DNA of 46,399 nucleotides, taken from positions 1 through 46,399 of the forward strand of contig JAAOMT010000450.1 of the NCBI GenBank assembly GCA_016748015.1, written 5' to 3'. Position numbers and translations under genes: made by a program. This DNA is from Geosiphon pyriformis uo1. Lineage: Eukaryota > Fungi > Glomeromycota. Under the pieces are notes generated by a model. It ran no database searches and was not told the DNA's origin. It saw only the letters and a program-made list of their open reading frames with translations. Shown piece after piece: positions 24,995 to 35,599 of this stretch (position 1 is the stretch's first letter; every line of letters starts with the position of its first letter).

Positions 24995-27900
24995 TTAATT
25001 TGTTAAAGTGAGTTCACAGTAGAGGGCGATTTCTGGGAAATTTAGAATTTCTTGTGGTGTTGACGCGTTTTCTAGCTCCGTTCCGAGGTATCCAATGATG
25101 GTATCTTCCGGAATGTAAACGGGTTCTTCTGTGGTGTTTGCGATAGGAATTTTTATCCATTGAGCTTTATTAGCTGGAATAAAAAGGTTAGTAAGTCCTA
25201 TGAAAAACTGTTGGCAAGTTTCTGGGTAGGGCTCAAATATTAGGTCTTTTTCTTTAATTGTCCTTTTTATTCTTATTTCTGATTTTCTATATGGTAGGAG
25301 CATGATAGACCACTCATTTTTAATTACTTCACCTTTTTCTTCTATTGTTTCAGCAAAATTCGCTTCAATTCCTTTTCCTGTCGATCCAAAACCAAAAGTT
25401 CCTCTCGTTGTTTGTGACAATTCCTCACGATTTTCTACTGGCACAAATTTCCCAATTTTTACCAATGGTAGGAAAATTGCTTGTGCAATCTTTTTCTTAG
25501 ATTCAATGGTATAAGGCTTTTCTGAATTGTTCTGTAGCAAAACCATCAAATTTCCAGTGTATCCAGAGTCAATTACTCCTCCTTGAACACTTATTCCTTT
25601 TTTTGCAAGGCTTGATCGTGACGCCATTTGAACCATTATTCCTGGCAGAATTTCAACCGCTATTTTTAGGTCGATTTTGGTGATACTCCTGGATGGTAAC
25701 ATTGTGGATTGGTCTTCCGGATAACGTAGATTGAATCTGGCATCAGTTGGATGGGCTCTTTTGGGTATTATTCCTAAGTGCCCATTGTCGAAGTATTGGA
25801 TGTCGGTCACCTGTTCTAAGTCGGTATAGGCTACAAATTTTTCTGACTTGGGACCGTCAGGTGAGTCTTGTTGATTTATTGATTGATTTTGAGACTGCTG
25901 ATTCTCAATTTCCATTTTTCTTTCTAAGTCCCTTTCATCTTGACACTCTTCACAGCACTGACTTTGGCACGGGATGAGACAGTTTTTGCAGAGGTAAGTG
26001 TTGATTTGGGCGAGATATTGTTCTTACTCTTGTCGAGTGGGGCATAGTTGTTGGTAGTAGTCCTGGAATTCGTCCACTGGGTCGAACATGTTGTAGCTGG
26101 CGACTTCGTCGGCTACTTCGGCTGACTCTTTCCAACGTCATATTTCTTCGGTGGTTCCTCCTCTTACTTTGGCTTGTGCGGTGTTGTACAACTCGTTCTC
26201 GTCGTGTGGGTAGTGCTGTAGTCTTTTTAACGCTCTGTTGAACGCTGCTTTGAATGGTGTTCCTCCTCTTACCCAGTCACAGATGAGGATCATGTATTGG
26301 CAAGTTGCGTCACACGTTCTTCCTCTGCCTGGTAAGTTGTTCCAATCGCACCCTCTTGGTAACGGTTCTCCACAAGTGAGGCACGGTTTCTCGTCCCATT
26401 TTCCGTGTCTTTCTGGGTAACCGTATTTTTCTTTGTTACAACGGTTACAATAGTAGTGGGTGGGGTTTCTTGGGTCTTCGTCTGGTGCGCTGCATGCAGT
26501 CATAGACAAGAGTTTCTTCTTGCAAACTGAGCATTCTAGCTTTGGTTTGCGTCGCTGGTGGTTTCTTCGTGAACTTACCTGGTTCCATTCGGATCTTTCT
26601 TCGCTGGTCCACGTTGGTACGGCTGGTAGTCCTGTTCTTTGGTCATCAGCCCAAGAGAGCTGATAGGTTTCGATGGCTGGTAGTGCTGGATTTTCCTCAA
26701 ATTCGAAGGTAGGTCTTTGGTTGGCACTGGGTTTTTGGAAGTGGTCACAGGTGGCTGGAATTTTGGCCTGGTGGCCATTATAATTGATCAGAAGCTCTTG
26801 GGTGGTCCAGTCTATGGTGGCATTGGCTTTTGTTAGCCAGTCATTCCCTACTAACACTTGATATTGTGTAGCATTCATTACTAATACTTTTGTAGGTATT
26901 ACTATGCCGTTAATTTCGAAAGAGAATGAGTCGATTTCGCCATAAGGCAGCTTTGTACTTCCATCGGCTGTTATGATTTGGGACGTCGCGGCACGATCAA
27001 CTTTGAAACCCAGTTGGTTTACTAGTTGAAGCATTACGATGCTTCCAGCGGATCCACTGTCTAAGATAAGTTTGATTGGGGTATTGTTTATAGTGGCTTC
27101 TGTATACATATCAGTGATTGGGCGTTTTTCGTCCAATGCTGCTCCACTGAACATAGCCTCGTTTTCCTCTAATTTAAAAGAAAAAATAGCTGCGAGGCTG
27201 CTATCTTCAGTGGCAACTGCTGGTGGTATTGTCTGGCTCAATTTGGAGAAATTCTTGGTTCTGTTTATGTTTCTACCGTCATTGTTTCTGATGATCAGGT
27301 TTTCCGGTATATTAAGGTAAGTTTGTTGATAATTTTGGTAGTTTGGATTGGTTTGCTGATTGGTTCCGGCGTGGTTTGGATTCCTCTGGACCAACGCGTT
27401 CTGGTTCCACATGGGCTGATTTCGGGCCTCGGGACGCCAATTCGGGTTGGCTATCATGGGCTGTTGCTGGTAAGCTCCTTAATTTTGATATGTGGTGAGA
27501 TATTGGCGTGGTATTGGCGTATACTGGTTTCTGGGCATTTGGGGTGGCGCGTAGTAATTATTTTCGCGTGCTTTCTGCATCATTCGCATTCGACATTGAC
27601 TAATCAAATGTCCTACGCATTTGCAAAAATGGCAGGCGCGTGTTTCTGTTCTGAATTCCTGGCACGACGGGTGATTATTTCGACTGTTGCTGACTTCCTG
27701 GCTGCGTCTTTGGGGTGGTTGGTATGTTTTTTTTCTCGGATCCGGGATGAGGTAACTTTTTATTTTCTTAGAGAGTTCCTCCCCTAATCACGTTACTCTT
27801 TTCTCTAATGTTTCTGTCTTATTTTCCTCCATTATCATATTAACCATTTGACTATGGTTAGCTTTTTTCTCAGCCAATTCAAGGGCTCTGGCGAGCGTAA

Positions 27901-29251
27901 CAGCTTCTGGTAAGGAATTAGGGTGGGCAGGGCATACTCTTCCTAAAATGCTGCTTTTTAATCCTCTAATAAACTGATTTAAAACCTGAGGATCAGTGTA
28001 GTATCCTTGTTCAATCGCTTCAATCTGACGGCGAATTCGATTGAATCGAGCAAGGTATTGGGTGACAGTTTCACCGGTATTTTGCTTGATAGTATTGAAT
28101 TCATTCTGTAGTTGGATTACAGCGTTTGGGTTGCTAAAATACTCCAGGAGTGCATTTTTAAATTCGGCGAAGCTCATGGGTTTTGTTTCCAGGCTTTGAT
28201 ACCACGAGTCGGCTGTGCCTTTCAGGAAGAAAGGTAATGTTTGAATTGCTCTTTGGTTGTTCCAGTTATTTGCCTGGATGGCTTTTTGTGCTTCTCTGAG
28301 CCATGTGTGCACGTCCGTTTCTTCTTCCTCTCCTGAGAAATCTGTTAGTCTTGCAATATATGGTGTGGTTATTTCATTGCCGTTTTCTGCTGGTGAGTTT
28401 ATTGGTCTAAGAGGAGGTGGGATGATATTTCCTTGAGCATTCCTAAAGGTGGCTTCCCTTATATCCGGTTCTTCCTCTTGATCATGAGTTTTTTGGTTTT
28501 TAGACTGGCTGCTTGTTCCAGTGACTGGTCTTGTGATTGTTTTTTCGCTGGTCTCTTTTTCGGATTCTGATTCAGACTTCTCTTCACGGTTTTCAAACCC
28601 CGTTCTAAATTTTGGCTGAAAAAAAGGGTTTTGGAATAGTGATGAATATCCTTCTGTAATTGGTATGTCTCTCCAGTTACGTTGTTTAATTTTATCAATA
28701 TAACTAGGAGTTCTTGGCGTTTGTGGAGTTGATGTTGATGATGATGCAGCTCCTAATGGAATTTGTATCTTATTTTCTGGTGAAAAATGATATAATTTAT
28801 CTTCTGGTGAATAAATACGTTGTTTCTTTATTGATTAAGTGACAGTTTTTTTTGGCGTTTAAGCTGGTGTTTCTAGTTTTTGCTGGTTACTTTCCTGATT
28901 AGTTTCTAAATTTTCTTTGGTTTTGTTGGCACGTTCCCTAGTGTTTCCTGTGGATATTGGAAAATTTTCGTTGGTGTATTGCTCAATTTCTCGATGGATT
29001 TTGACAATAGTTGCGGCTATTACTGCTACTTCTTTTGTAGTGTATTGTGATAATTCTCTATACAATCCAAGTTTTGCGTTGTGTGGTTCTTCTTCCTTTC
29101 CTATATGATAATTTATTCTGGCGTTAATATAATAAGTGAGGGCAGATTCTGCTGGACAACACCCTTCTGGTAATCAAAGATCACTTTGATTTTGTGTGTA
29201 AATAGCACGGCAGAATTCAAGAACAGTAAGATTAGGGGTATTTGTCGCCAC
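24995..29251 (-). pseudogene. Single-frame polyprotein, about 1419 codons: Gag capsid - CCHC - aspartic protease - Cys-rich domain - dUTPase, interrupted by about 7 nonsense codons
   Basis: Track ORFs 28859-29065, 27788-28312, 26138-27457 and 24995-25915 are all in one frame. Motifs: FLKGTADSWY, QNTGETVTQY, QFIRGL (Retrotrans_gag); CHFCKCVGHLISQC; LILDSGS..VLVGNDWL (A2 protease); dUTPase motifs. The start is taken at GTG 29251. Confidence 0.9.
25375..25775 (-). CDS. dut: Trimeric dUTPase domain within the retroelement polyprotein
   Basis: Motif I DARFNL (cf. AGFDL, degenerate), II SRSSLA, III GVIDSGYTG, IV KIAQAI, V RGTFGFGSTG. Confidence 0.93.
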
Positions 29252-29313
29252 TTTTGTTTTTTCCTTTTTAGCAATGAATTATTGCTAATTATTATTTCCT
29301 TTTTGATTTTCTT

Positions 29314-29331
29314 TCCTTGTAGGGTTCACCA
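29314..29331 (-). promoter_or_regulatory. Primer binding site (PBS)
   Basis: TGGTGAACCCTACAAG, 2 nt downstream of the 5' LTR; begins TGG, complementary to tRNA CCA. tRNA identity not established (tRNA-Trp-like 3' end GGGUUCACCA is a guess). Confidence 0.8.
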
Positions 29332-29333
29332 AA

Positions 29334-30214
29334 TGTTATGGGATGGTTTTCTTGTTATATTTAATTGCTGATATCCCGCTTTAATTGCAATCAGTCTTTC
29401 GTGAGTTCCTCAGTTCTATTTGTGTGATAATGTCACTGTTACACTGAAGGCTTTCTTTTTACTGTTGCGATGTAAGTTATTCTTTAATTCTTGATTGTTG
29501 TGTGTGTTTATGTACTCCTTCTTAGAGGCTGAACTGAAATCTACCCACTGTTTGGGGTCCTCTCTGAGGCTATCCTTGCAATTGCCTGATGTGTTTCTCT
29601 AATCTAGAAACACAGAATGTTAATGGTCTTTAGCGCTTTTCTAATTCTCACAATAAAGCTTTTATCAATTAGTAACAATGTGAATAATCTTGATCAAGGA
29701 TTATTCTTCCAAGGGATTTAGTTGATGAATGATAGTTTCATTCAATAAATAATACAAGTAAGTTTCTTAATACTTTGGGTTGTGATAGTTCAGTTTTAAA
29801 TATTCTTTTTCATTTCTTTTTGATTTTAAAGGTTTCTTGGGATATTTAATTTGAAAGTATGATTTGATAAGTTATGATTTTTATTACTTGATTGATTCTT
29901 TCCCAATATTAAAACTACTGTATATNNNNNNNNNNNNNNNNNNNNTGATTCTTTCCCAATATTAAAACTACTGTATATATACATGTTTGTAGTTCTACGA
30001 GAAAATACTTTCTTTTTGATATTTCAACCTGGTGCTTGCTGCTATCACCAGTTGGTGTTGGCTGCTATTGTGAACTGGTGCTTGCCACTATCGTGAGATG
30101 GTGTTTGCTACTATGTTAATCATTACCTTTCTAAGATTATTACTGTGCTATATTATGATTGAATAGTTTGTATTATTTTTATGATTCTTTTTGCTAAATT
30201 CTTAAACTGTAACA
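29334..30214 (-). repeat. 5' LTR (contains an N gap)
   Basis: TGTTATGG...CTGTAACA; about 11 substitutions and one 38-bp indel versus the other LTR over the alignable part. Confidence 0.95.
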
Positions 30215-31245
30215 GCGAAAAGCAACATTAAGCAATTCCTCCAATTCAAAACCAATGACGGCACAGCAAAAATGGTTGCTAGTGTCTAATGAATGATTGA
30301 TTATACAAGTTTTCCCACCAGCCTTCTCTAAAAGAACACCAAAATCATGTGCAGTTGTTCCCACTGGTAAAGTAAACAAAAACATTCTGAATTGATCTCT
30401 AGAAGCCCAAGTATCATAATCTTCTACAGCTTTGGCCACACGCACAGAATTTTTCTAAATTAAGAATGACCACTTAGACACCAACTGATCAGCTTGACTC
30501 AATTTGGCAAATTCCACCACAGTCTTTTGCCACATTCCAATAAGTTGAATTTTAATTGATTTAATTTGACCAAATTCAGAAACTGCAGTGATGATCTTAT
30601 TCTCTTTAGCCAAAGACACAGCCTTAATCATGCTTTCTTCAGAGGTAAAAGTAGATTGGATAATCTCTTCAAATTTTGAGGAGGTAGTGACCCCCCAAAA
30701 CCATTGATTTTTGAAAAAAGTTTTCTGATAAGTTGAGTCTTTATAGTTGCCAATACACCTTCCACAACTGAAAGATTAATATTTAGCACAAAAGACTTCT
30801 TTACAGCCACTTCTACAGAGGTCTTCACAATAATTGAATTAACCTATTTACTTTCTGAAGATACTTTCTTGAGAGAAGGTGGAAGAGGTTTCACATTCTC
30901 ATCCATTTCATAGTTGGAAAAGCCAAAAAGAGAGCCAAAAACTGCACCAGTAATTACTCTTTTTGTTTTAAGAGTATTAGCTGCTGAATCTAACAGAGAC
31001 CCATTGTACACATCTTCCATGATAGCAGTGTTTTTTCCACTGCTGGACTCACTTTCAAAATTAGAGTAAGTACTATGAGAATCAGCTTTGGCCAAAGATA
31101 TGTCCTTTTCATTACCCAAATGCTTTATGTTGCCAATAACTACCTTCTTTTTCTGGGAAAAAAAACCACCAGCAGGACCATAGAAGGTATCTTTGGGTGC
31201 TTTCTTCTTAGACATGCTGCTACCAGAAGCAGCTCCCAAATCCAT
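30215..31245 (-). pseudogene. LINE ORF1, 5' part
   Basis: MDLGAASGSSMSKKKAPK start; RRM-like segments (EFGQIKSIKIQL..VVEF; FTLPVGTTAHDFG..GGKTC); ..LLNVAFR joins in frame to TEPIFGG once the LTR element is removed. Confidence 0.85.
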
Positions 31246-32319
31246 GATGAAAGGGTTATTAGTTAAAGAAATGTTGATATAATACTAGCAGAAAAACCAA
31301 AAAAAAAAAAAAAAAACTTCTTTTTCAGAAAAGTGCTTGTTGAGGATTTTTGGGGATAAGAGAGAAAGAAGTTTTTTACTTTCTTTTACTAATATGTGAT
31401 TTTAGAAATGTTAAAGTTTAAAGCAATAAATATTATTTTAATTGAAATTCTGAAAAGAGAAAAAATCCAATAATTCTATAATGTTGAAAAAGAAATAATT
31501 TTGAATACTATAATTGCCTTAGTGCTTGACAATAAATTTGATTACATAATAATCAGTTTAAAAAAGTTATTGGGATATTGTATCTAAAATTGAAATTTAT
31601 TTCTAAACTATTTTATTGTTATTTAGAAAAACTTAAACCTTATTTTTGAAAAAATTAGTATCATTTAATAGAACAAAAAAGCCAAAAAAAATTTGTTTTA
31701 TAAAAGTTTTGCAGAGTCTTTATGTGATTATATGATTTCAAATGTTGATTTATTTTATTATACACTAAGGTTAAATTAAAATGAGGTACTTTCTTAAATT
31801 CTTAATTTCGAAAACAGTATTTTTAAAAAATATACTTTTTTTATTGATGTTTTTTGAAAATTTCTAATAGAATTTTTATACAAGAAATACTTTTCATATA
31901 GGCAGCATGCTATAAATTAATAAAAATTTATCTAATGAGTAACATTTGAGTTTTAAAATTATTTAATATTAAGTTAAGCAAAAAAGATTTGCTAAATAGA
32001 AAGCTTAAAAAAAAAGAGCTAATTAATAAGTATAGTTTGAAATATTATTATTTAATAGAAAAACTTGTATTTTATATTATTAATTTAAGTTGTTTTATCA
32101 AAAAAATTACTTTTATGTATAATATTTTTTTAAATAATAGATTGGAATCTAGATTTTTGTTGATTTTAAGTTTTGATTGAAAAGTTATCACAATGTTAAA
32201 AAAGGTCTATAGAAAAAAAAACATTTAAAATTTTTTTTAAAAATTTTCATTTAGGTTTCATGCACACATAATCGATAATACTTTTGACACTAATATTAGA
32301 ATATAAGTATTTATCAAGT

Positions 32320-34105
32320 TCGTAATATATGTACATTTAATCAACCAGATAAAAATTATTTTATTTTTGTCAATAATAATTTTGTGAAAGATGTACAATA
32401 TAATGAAGCCATTAAAGGAATTAATAGAAATATATGGCAATTTAAAACAGGTAAACGTACATATTTTTTAATTTTTTCTTTTCTGAGAAATTTGTTTTTA
32501 AAGATTAATAATTCATTGATTCATTCCTTTGTTTGTTTGTTTGTTTGTTTGTTTTTTATTTCATTTGAATGCTTTAGATAGAAAAGAAAGCAAACATGCA
32601 GGTAAGAAGGTTTATTGTTTATTTTTTATTTTTTATTAGAAAATTTTTAAAGTCGCTATCTAACTAAAATACATAATAATTATTGATTTTAAGCTACCCT
32701 GATTGGATTCTTACGTCTGAATACAAATTTCTCGGATTTCAACAAAATTAACAAGGAACGAGAAGTTTTCAAAACACTTGAAGATCAATTATCTTTTACA
32801 ATTCCTGTTGAAAGAAGTCGTATCAAAATTATTGGTCATAAGACTGATAAATCTAAATCAGAATCAGTAGGCCGAGAAATAATAGTACTTCAAATTTCTT
32901 CAAAAAGCGGTTCTAGGAATCCAATGGAAATTGCACATGACCTCAATGCATTAATCGAGAATAAATGGTTCACTCCCATTAGCACTTATTCATACACGGG
33001 CTTTTTAGATGAGACTTTTGGGTTCCAAGTTCAACGTGAGCGAGCATTAATTAATCTTCATTATTTGATTTCTATTAAACTGTATATCATTTAATAATTT
33101 TTTATTTTTAGCAAATTTTTGGAAAGAATATAAATTTCATCTAATTGCAATTCCTTTTATTGCAATAATATTAATGGCTCTATATTTTATAGGAAAAAAG
33201 AAAAATCCAAAGGTATTTGATTTATTTTTTTTGCTGTTATATTGGGACTTAATTATTGTGGTTTAAAGTTTAAAATTAAATAAATATTTTAATGACTTTT
33301 ACTAATTTTAGGGTAATAGCTTTGCAGTTGTTTCTATTACATTAATTCTAGTCGATATCATAGTTGACATCACATTCACTATAAAAAACGGAAAAGACGT
33401 GGGATTTTTATATTTTCCAAGGTAATTAATTTGTAAATTGTAAATGCATTAAAAATTTAAAAACAGCAAAGATAATTAATTCGTATATGTTTCTTTAAAC
33501 AGTATTATTTTCCTAGCAATACCTTTTCTTTTCAACACAGGACTAGCAGGATATATCATAATCAATGAGATTAGCATTAATAGTGAATATGTTGTATGGT
33601 TTCGGCAATTTGGCAAGCCCGCTGCCTTATTTACTATACTATCTGCCGCTGATATAGATGCTCTGAATCTTTTGCATTCAAAGTATGCAAACTTAGGGAT
33701 TTTCAGTGCACCGATTTCCAAAAGACTTGAAGATTTGATCTTTTGGGGTAGTACCATCAATATTTTTATTGAAGATATTCCACAATTTGTGATTCAGGTT
33801 TGATTTCAAAGATTTAGCCTAATTTTGACGCTTCACCAAATTAAATATCTTATAATAATAATAATAATTATTATTATTACTATTATTATCACTATTATTT
33901 AAAATAGGTCATTTACCAGCAAAACACCATTGCATACGATATTATTCCTATGATGAGTCTCATTATGAGCTCAGTTATCTTAACAATTAATATTATTACT
34001 CGGTTTGTTAGCGCTTTGATTTGGTTCCGTGATAAAACTACTTTTTCACGAGTTGAACGTGAGGAAACGAATGAATTAGACTTGATAAATACTGATTTAA
34101 ATTAA
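32320..34105 (+). CDS. 3' part of a multi-exon Glomeromycotina-type membrane protein (Ig-like ectodomain fragment plus multi-TM C-terminus with EDIPQFVIQ motif); 5' end missing or decayed
   Basis: Seven exons with GT..AG introns (approx. to 32450, 32578-32601, 32694-33035, 33112-33211, 33311-33421, 33503-33797, 33908-34105) translate without stops: TFNQPDKNYFIFVNNNFVK..IWQFKT / GFLRLN..FLDETFGFQVQ / NFWKEYKFHLI.. / GNSFAVV.. / LSAADIEALNLLHSK..FIEDIPQFVIQ / VIYQQ..DLN*. Upstream sequence contains stops and no start. Confidence 0.75.
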
Positions 34106-35599
34106 ACTTTTTGAAATTGATATTATGAGTGCAGTGATTTTATTTGTTTAATAATTTTAGCTTTGAATTTAACAATATTTATACTGAAAAGAAAACAGAA
34201 AATTTAAAAAAAAACACATAGTTTATTTTCTATATAATTTAGATTATATTTGTTAAAATTGTTTAGTATTGATATATTTTTAGGTGTGTGTTATCCATTT
34301 TCTTTTTTAGGATCTGATTGCGATTATCACTTTCGAGCTCCCAGAAAATGGGGCTATTGGTTTTCATTATAAATTGAAACATAATTAACTTTTTTGGGCC
34401 TTAGCATTCACTCAAAAATGGCAACTGATAATTAATTTGCCGCATAATAAAAATAATTTTAAAGTTAGATTGATTTCATATTAGGATACATTTTTCTTTG
34501 TCAAAACTTTTCAAGTTATAGCTTCTTTTGATAAAAAAAATCTAATTCGAGATATTGGCGATTATCTCCTTAAATCTACTTCTAAATTAGTTTTATTGTA
34601 ATTCCAAAAAACAATCATCATGAGAAAAGCAACTTTTGAATTATAGCTGGGAAAACATAGTCAGATTTTCTTTTCATGACAATTAACGCTCCTTCAAGTC
34701 AGTCGAAAAATGAAATTGCTTTTTAATTATTGAAGCTGAAGAAATTATTTTCTGGCAAAAAAAATTAAATTATCAATATTTTATTGATAAAGAGAGATTT
34801 TTAAGGAGTTTATTTTGCTAATAAATAAGAATTTCAAATGAAAGGCTTATGATTTATAGAAAATTCAGTTTTTGAGATCAATCGGCCTCAATATCTTGCC
34901 ATATCTTGGATAGCATCTTATGTCTCTTCCAAAATTAAGGCTTGTTGATTTTAAGTTACAATTATTGTGAGTAGCAATAACTCTTTGTTGAGATTCTTCT
35001 ACAGTGTCATGAAAAGCCGGTGTATGTTTTTTGATCATAGGATGCTTTCCATTAATCACATCAAATTGCATGTGAATAGGATCTGTATTATTCAAAAGTT
35101 CTTTCTCCCCAAAATAATTTTTGTCAGTGGTTTTTCCTTCAACAAATACATCTTCATATATTGGCAACTAAAATAACAATAACAGCAATTGGAACAAAGG
35201 TAACAAAAATGGTGTCAATAAAGGAAATGCCAACAGAATTAATAATAAAAAAAACAAAATAAGCCGGTATTCTTAATGGAAAAATCAAAAAAATCCTTCC
35301 ACTAATATTAGAAAATATTATTTCCTGAATAAAATATTTTCTCTCTTTGAATTAATCTTGGGAAGTTGTCCTTTTAGATTACAAAATTTTACTGATTAAT
35401 CCACTAGTTCTTGATAGCAACCAAATGAATAACAAAGTAAATTTTCAGTCTTTAAAAAAATTTATCGCTTGTAATCTTTACAGTAATCATATACTCGGTA
35501 AAATAAATTTTGACATAAATTAAAATAAAAAGGTTTTTGAAATCCTCACTAGAAAATACTCTAAAAAAATTATCTGCATATAATTACTCATTTTTTCTT

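Larger units (their letters stand above)
24136..30214 (-). mobile_element. Ty3/Gypsy-type LTR retrotransposon, non-autonomous (Gag-PR-dUTPase; no RT, RNase H or integrase), nested in LINE ORF1
   Basis: Two LTRs TGTTA..TAACA, 4-bp TSD GCGA (24132-24135 and 30215-30218), PBS, PPT, and an internal gag/protease/dUTPase frame. Confidence 0.93.
18558..31392 (-). mobile_element. Full-length decayed non-LTR retrotransposon (LINE, APE-type, RNase H-bearing), about 6.75 kb excluding the nested LTR element
   Basis: Poly(A) tail (poly-T on + at 18554-18568); TSD TATGTGATTTT at 18547-18557 and 31393-31403; ORF1 and ORF2 remnants in order; pyrimidine-rich 5' UTR at 31246-31392. Confidence 0.92.

Noticed and set aside
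25302-29371. Plus-strand ORFs overlapping the LTR element, and those overlapping the LINE
   Set aside because: Antisense shadows of GC-richer coding sequence; no independent motifs and no env-like features.
34865-35260. 100-aa minus-strand ORF with weak kinase subdomain X likeness (QFDVINGKHPMIKKHTP)
   Set aside because: No other kinase motifs nearby; too weak to call.
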